Shown one piece after another: positions 1-9,120 of a stretch of 64,000 nucleotides of DNA. The notes beneath the pieces were generated by a model that saw nothing but the letters and a program-made list of their open reading frames with translations, made no database searches and had not been told where the DNA came from. Origin of the DNA: an uncultured bacterium (lineage in GTDB: Bacteria; Patescibacteriota; JACMRA01); assembly GCA_963704645.1 (NCBI GenBank), contig OY969926.1, positions 352,001 to 416,000 on the forward strand. Direction: 5' to 3'. A program made the translations under genes and the position numbers. The number at the start of each line of letters is the position of its first letter. Position 1 is the first letter of the stretch.

Positions 1-64
1 TTGTCTCCTTGGCTACCTTGTTTGACAAATATGGTGTACGCGTGGTTTTGTTAGCAATAAACTC

Positions 65-799
65 ATGTCTAAATTAAGTATTGTCATTCCGGCTTATAAT
101 GAAGAAAAAACTTTAGAGAGCATTGTTAACCAAGTTTTAGAAATAAAACTTCCTAATAATTTTGAAAAAGAAATTATAATTGTAAACGATGCTTCTAAAG
201 ATTCCACTTTGGAAATTGCACAGAAATTGTCTTCTCAAAGTGCTGAAATAAAAGTTTTAGATAACTCCTTAAATTTAGGTAAAAGCCAGACTGTAAAGAA
301 AGGAATTTTGGCTTCTACAGGAGACTATGTAGTTATTCAAGACGCCGATTTAGAATATAACCCTCAAGAAATTGCCTTTTTATTGGAACAACTATTAAAA
401 CATAATTGCAATGTTGCTTATGGGAATAGGTTTGGTTTGCACAACGGGGTAATTTATACTCAAAACTTTGTTGGAAATTTACTACTTTCTTTTGTTTCTA
501 CAATATTCACTACAATTCGTTTACGTGTAGTTATTCCAGATATGGAAGTTTGTTATAAAATGATTCAAGGTAGTGTAGCTAGAGAAATAGCAACAGGCTT
601 AAAAGCTACTTCTAACTTTGGCTTTGAGCCAGAAATTACAGCTAAACTGTCTCGGTTTATGTTGAAGGGGGAGCATTTAAAATTTATAGTTTTACCAATT
701 TCCTACAACCCTAGAAGTGTTGCTGAAGGTAAAAAGATGTCTGCTTTTAAAGACGGTTTTAAGGCCTTAATTGAAATATTAAAGTACAACATTTTCTAA
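65..799 (+). CDS. Glycosyltransferase family 2 (DPM-synthase/GtrB-like polyprenol-phosphate glycosyltransferase)
   Basis: N-terminal SIVIPAYNEE, VNDASKD, QDADLEY (DxD), DMEVCYK and FGFEPEITAK motifs typical of DPM/DPG synthase-like GT2. Confidence 0.9.
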   Translation: MSKLSIVIPAYNEEKTLESIVNQVLEIKLPNNFEKEIIIVNDASKDSTLEIAQKLSSQSAEIKVLDNSLNLGKSQTVKKGILASTGDYVVIQDADLEYNPQEIAFLLEQLLKHNCNVAYGNRFGLHNGVIYTQNFVGNLLLSFVSTIFTTIRLRVVIPDMEVCYKMIQGSVAREIATGLKATSNFGFEPEITAKLSRFMLKGEHLKFIVLPISYNPRSVAEGKKMSAFKDGFKALIEILKYNIF

Positions 800-826
800 G
801 TATTTTCAAACTTAAAATTCAAACTC

Positions 827-2416
827 ATGACTTATCTCAACGATTTTAAATCTACACTAAAAAATATCCAAAATTGGTTTACTTCAACCAGCAATAAGAA
901 TGAAATTATTTGGATTTGTGGCCTGGTTTTTACCTTCTCTTATTGGTTAATTTCAAGGAATAATGGCTATTTTAGCGGAGACATGAGTATTGTTGGAACA
1001 ATTACTAAAGACTTTGCGCAGGGAAATTTTTATTCATGGTATTTTTATGGACAAGATTATTTTGGTAATTTAGAGCCAATTTTCCTTGCTATTTTAACAA
1101 AAGTAACAGGAAATACTATTCAAACTTTATATTTTTGGGAGCATTTTTGGTATTTTCTTACCTCGCTTTTTGTTTTCCTAACAATTCCTAAACTAAAAAA
1201 CTGGCAGACAATTCTTTCTGTCTTAGCTTTCTTTTTTAGCGTTAGGTATTACAATTACACATACTATCCACAAGGTTTTGCTTTTACTTTATTGCTGCTT
1301 ATTATGTTTTGGGCATTGTTTGAAAAAGTTTACTCCTCAACAAAGGTTAAAAATTGGCATTTTTTGGCAGTCGGTTTTTTTACTACTTTGGGTATTTGGT
1401 TCAACCCGACCATTTCAATTATTTTTCCAATATTTTTATTAATTTACGCTTATTTGTGGAAAACAAAAAAATTAGAGTTTAAGCTAATGCCTTTCGTTTA
1501 TGGAATTGTTGGTTTAACTTTTGGAATTATACCTTTTGTATTAGCTTATTTTCACACAGATGGATGGAATTTACTTTGGTTTAGTACTAATAAAAGCAGC
1601 AATATTATAGAAAATATTAGATATTTTGGAACAGATTTTGCTTACTACTTTGTGAATGAAGCTAGTTTAAATTTAGCAAACACAAGTACTATTCTAAGCA
1701 GCACATTTTTAAATGTTAGAAATTTGTTTGGGTTAATTTTAAGCTTTCTAATTTTTGTAATTACAGTAATTAGTTTTAAGTTCTGGAAGCAGAATTTGGT
1801 AACTTTATTATTCCTATCTTTTTCACTTCTTCTTCTAGTAAATAAAGATTTGGGCGATTCTAATTACCTGTTTGAGTACATTAGATATTCTATTCCTGCC
1901 CTAACATTTATTTTAATTTTAATTTTTAAAATTCCAACTTTAAGTTTAGATTTTCCTACAATAAACAAGTTTAATTTCAATGCAGTTTATAAAAATGTAG
2001 CTTTAATTTTAATAATAACACTTTCTTTATTTGGAATTTCACGAGCCTGGAATTTGTTTAAATATCCAAATCGTGATCCACAACTTTATGAAACTGTAGC
2101 TAATAAATTAGTGTATAAATATAATACGAAGAATTTATTTTGTGATAATTTTTATGATATGTGCATGGCAATAAGTTACGTAAATAAAGATAAAAATTTT
2201 AACGTGGAAATTATAAATAACAATGAAGAAATGGCTCCGCGTAGAAATCCTGGAACTATTGGCAAAGTTCAGAAAGCATATGAAAACGGTGAGGTTGTAT
2301 ATTCTTTAATTAGGGCAAATATTTTAAAACCAACTTGCAAAGTGGAAGAAACATTCTCTTTTACTGAAAGCTCTACAAAGTACTTTTTAGTTAAGGGAAA
2401 ATATTCAGATTGTTAG
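827..2416 (+). CDS. Multi-pass membrane glycosyltransferase (GT-C/ArnT-PMT-like)
   Basis: About 11 hydrophobic segments; GD..YFYGQDYFGNLE in first loop; RY motif late; sits between GT2 and GtrA. Confidence 0.6.
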   Translation: MTYLNDFKSTLKNIQNWFTSTSNKNEIIWICGLVFTFSYWLISRNNGYFSGDMSIVGTITKDFAQGNFYSWYFYGQDYFGNLEPIFLAILTKVTGNTIQTLYFWEHFWYFLTSLFVFLTIPKLKNWQTILSVLAFFFSVRYYNYTYYPQGFAFTLLLLIMFWALFEKVYSSTKVKNWHFLAVGFFTTLGIWFNPTISIIFPIFLLIYAYLWKTKKLEFKLMPFVYGIVGLTFGIIPFVLAYFHTDGWNLLWFSTNKSSNIIENIRYFGTDFAYYFVNEASLNLANTSTILSSTFLNVRNLFGLILSFLIFVITVISFKFWKQNLVTLLFLSFSLLLLVNKDLGDSNYLFEYIRYSIPALTFILILIFKIPTLSLDFPTINKFNFNAVYKNVALILIITLSLFGISRAWNLFKYPNRDPQLYETVANKLVYKYNTKNLFCDNFYDMCMAISYVNKDKNFNVEIINNNEEMAPRRNPGTIGKVQKAYENGEVVYSLIRANILKPTCKVEETFSFTESSTKYFLVKGKYSDC

Positions 2417-2433
2417 AATTAATTTAAAATGAC

Positions 2434-2871
2434 ATGCCAGAAATTAATTTAAAATCCCCAGAAATACAAAGAATTGTTAAATACATTTGCATTGGTTTAT
2501 TTACCACTTTCATTACTTATATTATTTGGACTGCTTTAATTGAGCTTACCAAAAATGTTAATTTAGACAAAGAAATTAGGTTCTCTGGTTCACAGTTCGT
2601 TGCATCATCTAGTACTATTTTATTAAGTTTTTATTTAAACCGAAGAATTACATTTAAAGATAAAGCTAGAAGGCACAATAAAAAAAGAATTACTTTAATA
2701 AACGTTGTAGGTCTTTATTTAGCTTCTCCGGCCTTAGCTTCTTTACTTACATATTTAATTCAAATTATTTTACCAGGTGTTTTTATAGACGAGCTTTTAA
2801 AAATAATTGGTCTTGGGGCTGGCATGGTTATTAATTACACAGGTCAGCGTTTCTGGGTATATAGAAACTAG
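2434..2871 (+). CDS. GtrA family protein (lipid-linked sugar translocase)
   Basis: 4 TM; KYICIG, SFYLNRRITF and NYTGQRFWVY match the GtrA pattern. Confidence 0.85.
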   Translation: MPEINLKSPEIQRIVKYICIGLFTTFITYIIWTALIELTKNVNLDKEIRFSGSQFVASSSTILLSFYLNRRITFKDKARRHNKKRITLINVVGLYLASPALASLLTYLIQIILPGVFIDELLKIIGLGAGMVINYTGQRFWVYRN

Positions 2872-2929
2872 ATATTTCAGCGGTTTGTTTTATCTTGACA
2901 AAGACTTTATCAGAAAGCACACCTAAAGT

Positions 2930-4297
2930 ATGATTCAATGCCAATATTTGATAATAGGAAGTGGACAAACTGGCCTTAATGTTGCTATGAAGTTAGCTTC
3001 GCTTGGGAAAAAAGTAATTCTTGCAGAGCAGACTATTCTAGGTGGAACATATATTCACAACTACGAAACCCCAAAGCAGCTTATTCAAAAAGAGTCTGCA
3101 GATTTTGCAATTAGTTTGAAAGCTTTTAAAGATAATCCAACCACCTTTTCTGTTTTAATAAAAAATAGGCAAAAAATAACCTCTAAAATTTCATCTGTAA
3201 TTCAGTCTAAATTCATTAATCTCAGAGAAACTTTAAAGACCACAAAAAACCTAACAATTATTAAAGGGCAAGCTAATTTTGTTTCTAAAAGTTTAATTGA
3301 AATTAACTCTGAAGCCGAAAGACACTTAGTTAATTTTGAACAGTGCATTATTGCAGTTGGTAAAACTCAGTTGGTTAAGCCAAACATTGCAGGATTAGAC
3401 GATATTCCTTTTTTATACCAACATTCTTGTTATTTGTTTCAAGAGATTCCTTCTAAACTAAGTATTATTGGTATTTCTAAAGAAAGCTTAGAAGTTGCAG
3501 ATGTATATTCAAATTTAGGTGTAAAGGTTTGTCTTTTTGAAGAAACAGATGGTTACAAACAATTACCTAAGCTAGATAGAAGCTGTTTAAACTATTTAAT
3601 AAAAAAGCTTGCTTCCAAACAAGTAGAATTTTATTTTAATACCAAAATAATAAAAGCCAAGAATAGTAAAACTGGCATTGAACTATTTGATAACTTAGAA
3701 AATAGCTACGAAACTAGCCACATTTACATAGACTTAGCCGAAAACTTTAGCGAAGAAACTTTAGGTTTAAGTAAAATTGGGGTTACAGTTAGTAAGAAAG
3801 GTATAGTAACAGATTTAAGTGGTAGAACAACTAAGAAAAATATTTTAGCCTTAGGTGAGTGTAATTCTCAATCTTCTGAAAATACCAAAGTGGCCATGAT
3901 TCACAATTTTTTGAATAAAGAAATGAAGCTGCAAAATGATAAAAAACTTAATTCAGAATACTTAAACTTTATTAACGAAAATGAAAGCAAAATTATCAAA
4001 ATTAACTTTGAATCTATAGACTGCGGTAGTCCTGTTGCCACATTAGCTTTAACCGAAAATGAAGCTGTTGGAAGATACGGTCCGTCTGTGAAAACAAAAA
4101 CCCTTACTTTAAATGAAATGGAAGGCTTTGCTAAAATAGTCTATAAAGATTTAACTGGAGAAATATTAGGTGTAAGTTTATGTGGAGAATTTTGCATAAA
4201 GTATCAAACTTATTTTGCTAGCCAATTTACAAAAGGTTTTAACATGAGACAATTCCTAGATTTCTTCTCTGGTTTTAGTTTATACAACTTGGTTTAA
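2930..4297 (+). CDS. Pyridine nucleotide-disulfide oxidoreductase family protein (LpdA/MerA-like), lacking the redox cysteines
   Basis: IIGSGQTG FAD motif, RTTKKNILALGE; canonical GGTCLNxGCIP is GGTYIHNYETP here. Confidence 0.75.
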   Translation: MIQCQYLIIGSGQTGLNVAMKLASLGKKVILAEQTILGGTYIHNYETPKQLIQKESADFAISLKAFKDNPTTFSVLIKNRQKITSKISSVIQSKFINLRETLKTTKNLTIIKGQANFVSKSLIEINSEAERHLVNFEQCIIAVGKTQLVKPNIAGLDDIPFLYQHSCYLFQEIPSKLSIIGISKESLEVADVYSNLGVKVCLFEETDGYKQLPKLDRSCLNYLIKKLASKQVEFYFNTKIIKAKNSKTGIELFDNLENSYETSHIYIDLAENFSEETLGLSKIGVTVSKKGIVTDLSGRTTKKNILALGECNSQSSENTKVAMIHNFLNKEMKLQNDKKLNSEYLNFINENESKIIKINFESIDCGSPVATLALTENEAVGRYGPSVKTKTLTLNEMEGFAKIVYKDLTGEILGVSLCGEFCIKYQTYFASQFTKGFNMRQFLDFFSGFSLYNLV

Positions 4298-5319
4298 ATA
4301 TCATCTCTTAAGGCTAAGCCCAATGCTGTAGCTAGTTGACTTACTATTGGGTAAATATAGGGCTTATAGTCTTCTGTAACCACTATTCTTCTTAAACAGT
4401 TACCAATGTAAACAGGGGTGTTAAACTCCTTAAAAAATTCAATGAAGCCTGGTGTATAAACTCCGCCTCCAGAAATTACTATTTTTTGTGGATCCTGTGA
4501 AACTTTTTTGTTCAAATCTACAAAAATTGCAAGCTCAGATTTTAATATAGTTAAATTGTCAGTAATTTGTTTAGGTAAACTGAAAAGATTAACAAGATTT
4601 ATGTCCATTTTAAAGAATTCTGCAATAGGCATTTCAAGCCCTAAAGCCTTGCTTAAATCTTCAGTTATTTTGTCTGTACCAAGTGGTACATGAGAGCTAG
4701 ACCTTAAAACTCCGTCTACAATAATACTGAAAGTGGTATTCTTGCCACCAATATCAACTAAAATAGTGTTGCCTTGATCGGGGGTTAAACAAGCCCTTAT
4801 TTGTGAAATAGTTTGATTTTCTAAGGCTGCACCGTCTAAATTAACATGTTCAAGTAAATTTTTACTATTTTCAATTACGAAATCTGGTAGGGCATTTATA
4901 ATAACTCTTTGCTTTCCAGTGTAGGCTACAATTCTAGGATCGTTTTTTATTAAACTCCAGGAAAGACGCATTTCATCTGGTGGATATGGTAAAAAGTATG
5001 GAGCTTGTTTATCTATTTCTTCTTGAATTTGCTTCTTGTTCCAAGTTGCTTCAAAGTCCATAGTGGTAACATAAACATCTTTACTTTGAACACTCATGAC
5101 AGTTTTAACTCCAGCAAAGTTTCCTGCTTTCATAATTTCTGTGATGATACTTCCAATCTGTCTCAGTCTTGCACTATCCCAATAACCGTCTAGTGCTAAG
5201 CCGTGTTTTGCAATGCCATAAGTTTCTAATTGCTTACCATTTTTGTTATGCGAAACTTCCACCATCTTAATGGAATCAGAGCCAATATCTAGGCCTATTA
5301 TGGTTTTATCAGAAAACAT
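4294..5319 (-). CDS. pilM: Type IV pilus assembly protein PilM (actin-like)
   Basis: IGLDIGSDSIKMVE, LVDIGGKNT, ISGGG and LATALGLALR motifs. Confidence 0.9.
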   Translation of the reverse strand: MFSDKTIIGLDIGSDSIKMVEVSHNKNGKQLETYGIAKHGLALDGYWDSARLRQIGSIITEIMKAGNFAGVKTVMSVQSKDVYVTTMDFEATWNKKQIQEEIDKQAPYFLPYPPDEMRLSWSLIKNDPRIVAYTGKQRVIINALPDFVIENSKNLLEHVNLDGAALENQTISQIRACLTPDQGNTILVDIGGKNTTFSIIVDGVLRSSSHVPLGTDKITEDLSKALGLEMPIAEFFKMDINLVNLFSLPKQITDNLTILKSELAIFVDLNKKVSQDPQKIVISGGGVYTPGFIEFFKEFNTPVYIGNCLRRIVVTEDYKPYIYPIVSQLATALGLALRDDI

Positions 5320-5454
5320 TTGAACTTCAAGAAGATATAATTATGGCGTCTAACCAATTATACTCTTAATCTTCCTTTTTGGCAAAAAATAATTAGTTTT
5401 GTTGTAAGCACTTTCTTGACATAATCTAGGTGTAAAGTTGTTATTATAAGGCTT

Positions 5455-5529
5455 GCGCAGTTAGCTCAGTGGTAGAGCATTTCCTTGACGTGGAAAGGGT
5501 CGGGGGTTCGAACCCCTCACTGCGCACCA
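5455..5529 (+). tRNA. tRNA-Val(GAC)
   Basis: Acceptor GCGCAGT/ACTGCGC, anticodon arm TTTCC-TTGACGT-GGAAA, GTTCGAA T-loop, encoded CCA. Confidence 0.95.
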
Positions 5530-5623
5530 GTTTAAAGCACTCAAAACTAGACAAAGTAAATAAATTTACTCTAATTTAAAACATAGCTTTGTAGTTAGAT
5601 ATAAAAAAGTTTTTTACATTTAT

Positions 5624-5700
5624 GGCGGTTGTAGCTCAGTTGGTAGAGCGCTGGGTTGTGGTTCCAGTGGCCGCGGGTTCGAATCCCGTCGATCGCCCCA
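5624..5700 (+). tRNA. tRNA-His(GTG)
   Basis: G-1 with C discriminator, anticodon arm CTGGG-TTGTGGT-TCCAG, GTTCGAAT T-loop, CCA. Confidence 0.95.
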
Positions 5701-5731
5701 TGACTTTAAACAAATATAACAAATAACATCT

Positions 5732-5805
5732 GGGCCTTTAGTTTAGCGGTAAAACATATCCTTTGCAAGGATAGGTGGAGGGTTCAATTCCCTCAAGGTC
5801 CACCA
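5732..5805 (+). tRNA. tRNA-Ala(TGC)
   Basis: Acceptor GGGCCTT/AAGGTCC with G3:U70 alanine determinant; anticodon arm TATCC-TTTGCAA-GGATA; CCA. Confidence 0.95.
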
Positions 5806-5814
5806 ATCATAATT

Positions 5815-5838
5815 CTCTCCCTAAAGGGGAGTTTTTTT
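5815..5838 (+). terminator. Intrinsic terminator after tRNA cluster
   Basis: CTCTCC-CTAAA-GGGGAG hairpin followed by T7. Confidence 0.7.
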
Positions 5839-5911
5839 GTTATATAAATTTTAATTTTTTCCTAGTAAAATAAGGCCTAATTAATAATCTTTCAATAAAG
5901 ACTTTAGAAGA

Positions 5912-6382
5912 CTATAGAACTATACAAAATAAGCTTTTCTGGCTATCACTGGAAATTAGCGAAAAGCCAGATTTGGTTAATATATTTTTTAAAATATAGT
6001 TTTCTATCTTGCAGTAAGTATATACTTTTTTTATTTTTTTCTTAAAATTAATATAGTTTAAAACAAGATCAAGAACTTCAGTAAATATTTCTTTGCCATC
6101 TAAATTATCATTATTAATGAAAATATCCAGCACAAACTTGTCGCTAATTTTAATTATAGTAACAAATCCAGAACACTCCTTAGTATTTACATTCTCTACA
6201 GACCATATAATTGAATTTTTATTATTTCTATTTTCCTCGTAAAAATCAATATTACCTTGAGCAGATGAGCTTATTTTGCTATCTGTTAGCGACAAATATT
6301 GATCTGTATTTAAATTATCAAAATCAGATAAAAGTGGCTTTCTTAACTTAATCAATTGGCCTAATAAACTTTCTACAAACAT
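5912..6382 (-). CDS. GNAT family N-acetyltransferase (RimJ/RimL-like), divergent
   Basis: IKLRKP at N-terminus, IIWSV..CSGFV, ENYILKNILTKSGF C-terminal motif. Confidence 0.6.
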   Translation of the reverse strand: MFVESLLGQLIKLRKPLLSDFDNLNTDQYLSLTDSKISSSAQGNIDFYEENRNNKNSIIWSVENVNTKECSGFVTIIKISDKFVLDIFINNDNLDGKEIFTEVLDLVLNYINFKKKIKKVYTYCKIENYILKNILTKSGFSLISSDSQKSLFCIVL

Positions 6383-6507
6383 AAAAAAATAGCTACATTA
6401 ATACCTAGCTATAAGTTAAATTTTAAGCAAACATTAAATCAAATGATACTTTTTTGAGTATACCTATGTTATAATCTAATTAGTTTTAAAATTAAGGATT
6501 TTTTTTA

Positions 6508-6990
6508 ATGCCAAATATTTCAGAAGAAAGCCAGCAACCAAGCTTGCAGATTACACCAATTAATCCAGAGCTTTGAGAAAAAGAGGAGTAAGTTATTTTG
6601 CTTGGTTTGTTCAGGCTTTTACTTGAAATAGATAGCAAAAAGAATTCTGAAAATAATAAACTACATTTTTCTATGTCTAAAAACGACCTTTCAATTATTA
6701 TTACTATTTTTACAAAAATTCTAGGACTTTTATTCGTCTTTGGTGGCTTTATTTTACAAATTGTTGAGGTTATGAGGTAGGTATTTGTATGTCAGGATTT
6801 ATTTTAGAATTTTACAGTCAACTTAACAACAGGGAATTAGCGTTGATTTTTTGGTCTTTAGCTTTTTATTTTCTTTGTTGTTGATTTTGATGTTTTATCC
6901 AGTTCTATATTTTTTAGAATTATTTAAAACTTACCGATGGCATTTTGTGAGTTGGTAACAATTTAATTAAAAACAATTTTTATTTTTATT
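6508..6990 (+). pseudogene. Degraded small or membrane-protein coding remnants
   Basis: ATG at 6508 with in-frame stops before LLGLFRLLLEIDSKKN; a second fragment MSGFILEFYSQLNNRELALIFWSLAFY is also broken by stops. Confidence 0.3.
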
Positions 6991-7098
6991 AATTCCAAAC
7001 ACCCAAAATCATATTATTTACCTAAAATAACTGGAGCTGTATTATTCCGTTAGAGTGGGTTAAATGACAAAACGCCCTAATGTATTTATAATGGCAGA

Positions 7099-7524
7099 GT
7101 GAATACCGAAACCAATTGCCCATTTTGCAACAGAAATAATATTGTAAATCAAATTGTTTGGGAAACTGATGAAACCCTTATTTTAGTTCCTCACTGGCCA
7201 AGGTGTAAAGGTCATTTGTTGTTTATTCCTAAATTTCATACACCAAACATTGTAAAGCTGCCAGATGCCAATCTAATAGATATTTTTAACCAAATTAGAA
7301 AAGGGGAAAAACTTTTAAATTTAGCCTATAATGCCAATGATTTTAATATTTTAACAAATCAAGGAGAGCTGGCCATGCAAACTGTTTTTCATCTACATTT
7401 TCATCTTTTGCCAAGAATAAAGAAAGAAAAAATTGATCCGCTTAGGTTAATTGGAGAAGACGAAAACTTAAAAAGAACCAGAACAATAATTTCGGTTAGA
7501 GATAAATTAAAGGGTTTGCTTTAG
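7099..7524 (+). CDS. HIT family nucleotide hydrolase
   Basis: N-terminal CPFC, GHLLFIPKFH, QTVFHLHFHLLPR histidine triad. Confidence 0.92.
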   Translation: MNTETNCPFCNRNNIVNQIVWETDETLILVPHWPRCKGHLLFIPKFHTPNIVKLPDANLIDIFNQIRKGEKLLNLAYNANDFNILTNQGELAMQTVFHLHFHLLPRIKKEKIDPLRLIGEDENLKRTRTIISVRDKLKGLL

Positions 7525-7590
7525 TGAGTATTTCTTCATAAAGTTTAAACAAAAAAACTACGGTCTATTTATTTTTGCGTATTAGTTAGT

Positions 7591-7668
7591 TTAGACCTCG
7601 AGCCGAAACTGATACTGAGTTAAGCTCAGCTCGCACCTGCTTTTTGAAACAAGTTCAGGGTCACAGTT
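7591..7668 (+). repeat. Dispersed REP/MITE-like palindromic repeat, long copy 1
   Basis: TTAGACC...CTGAG-TTAAG-CTCAG...TGAAACAAGTTCAGGGTCACAG closely matches 37883-37961; degenerate core copy at 7684-7707. Confidence 0.75.
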
Positions 7669-7718
7669 GCGCTCGCAATATCATCTGAAATTAGTTCCAA
7701 GCGACAGCTCACTAAATT

Positions 7719-8600
7719 TTACCTTAAAGTGCCGCCCCACACAAACCAGGCAAGAAAAGATTTTGCAACCAAGCTTAAAATGATATAGCTTTTTTCGCCG
7801 AACAAATAGCTTTTCCAAGGCCCAACTTTTTTGTACTGCAAAATCATGTTAATAGCGAATAAGTTAAAGAAAATAAATAAGGCTGGGAAAATAAATCTTA
7901 CGTTGTTCAAAACATCTTTTACTTGTTGTGGAAGTTGTTCTACATTTCCAAGCCTGTCTAAGGATACAAAGAAATATATTCCCATTACAATCCAAGGTAA
8001 AATCCCAGCAAAACAACCGTAAACGAAGCTAGACCAATTTGGTTTAAAATTAGCATCATCGTCCAATTCTACAACGTTTGTATCTACATCATTTCCACCA
8101 TTTTGCTTAATGTAAGAAAGTTTTCTTAAGGCAGAATTGTGCATTTCCATTGCTCCGCCAAACAAGTTCATACAAGCGTTAATTCCCACTAATAAAAGTA
8201 AGGTTGTTGCATCTCTAATTCCACACTGAATAGCAATTACATAAACCATTACTGAACTAGAAATTGCATACTCATACCATCTAATTAAATTAACTTTTTC
8301 TTTTAGTTTGCTAATATACCATTCATAAACACCAGGCAGAATAGTTATGAAATGTGCAGCTGCAGATAAAAATAAGAAGCTGGAAATTGTATAGCCTAAA
8401 TTAACAGAATACCAATTTTCTGGAAATAAACTAAAAGACCTACTTTTTACATCAACTTGGGGCAACCAAAGGCTTATTTGAATTAGAGTTTGCTTCGATA
8501 AAAACGCCATTATCAAACCTTGAACAAGGTGCAAAATACCCATAATCAAATTCCATTTGCGTAAATTTTGGTAGGAATTATTAATTTTGCTGTTAGACAT
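7719..8600 (-). CDS. heR: Heliorhodopsin
   Basis: LRKWNLIMGILHLVQG, SAAAH, NLIRWYEYAISSSVM and TM7 GEKSYIILSLVAKSFLAW (retinal-binding Lys in SLVAK). Confidence 0.95.
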   Translation of the reverse strand: MSNSKINNSYQNLRKWNLIMGILHLVQGLIMAFLSKQTLIQISLWLPQVDVKSRSFSLFPENWYSVNLGYTISSFLFLSAAAHFITILPGVYEWYISKLKEKVNLIRWYEYAISSSVMVYVIAIQCGIRDATTLLLLVGINACMNLFGGAMEMHNSALRKLSYIKQNGGNDVDTNVVELDDDANFKPNWSSFVYGCFAGILPWIVMGIYFFVSLDRLGNVEQLPQQVKDVLNNVRFIFPALFIFFNLFAINMILQYKKVGPWKSYLFGEKSYIILSLVAKSFLAWFVWGGTLR

Positions 8601-9120
8601 ATGGTTTAGTAATATAGGTGTAATTAATTTTAAATTAAGTGGAAGAAATTAATGTATGAATTATTTGTCAATTTCTAATATTTGCCCATAAAAAAGTAGG
8701 TCGTTTTAAAAACAAAACCTACTTAAATTTTAACTACAGCAATTGGTTTACTAGAAAAAATATTTGAAACAACTAATCTGCCTCCTATGCAAATATATAC
8801 TAAAGAACATGATATTAAATCATTGTTTCTAGCATTTGATCGTTTGGTAATTCTACAAGATGTCAAATTATTCTTTCTGCTTTGATGTCTAGACTTTGCC
8901 AAGCTCATAATTTTTACCACTCAACTCCGCAACTAATTTATGGGTACTAAAACATTTGTATTTGTTCGTCAATGTTTTCTACCTTCTTGTTTTCCCAAAG
9001 CTCAATAAAACCAAGATTTTAGCCTATCTTAAAAAAGTTAAAACTGGTAAATATGCTTGACAACTCAGTTTTCCTGTCAAACATTTAAGTATCACCCAGA
9101 TTGGGTTTTTTATAATATCT

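Noticed and set aside
8723-8920. 65-aa ORF between heliorhodopsin and fusA
   Set aside because: No recognisable motif; neighbouring frames are broken by stops, so at most a decayed remnant
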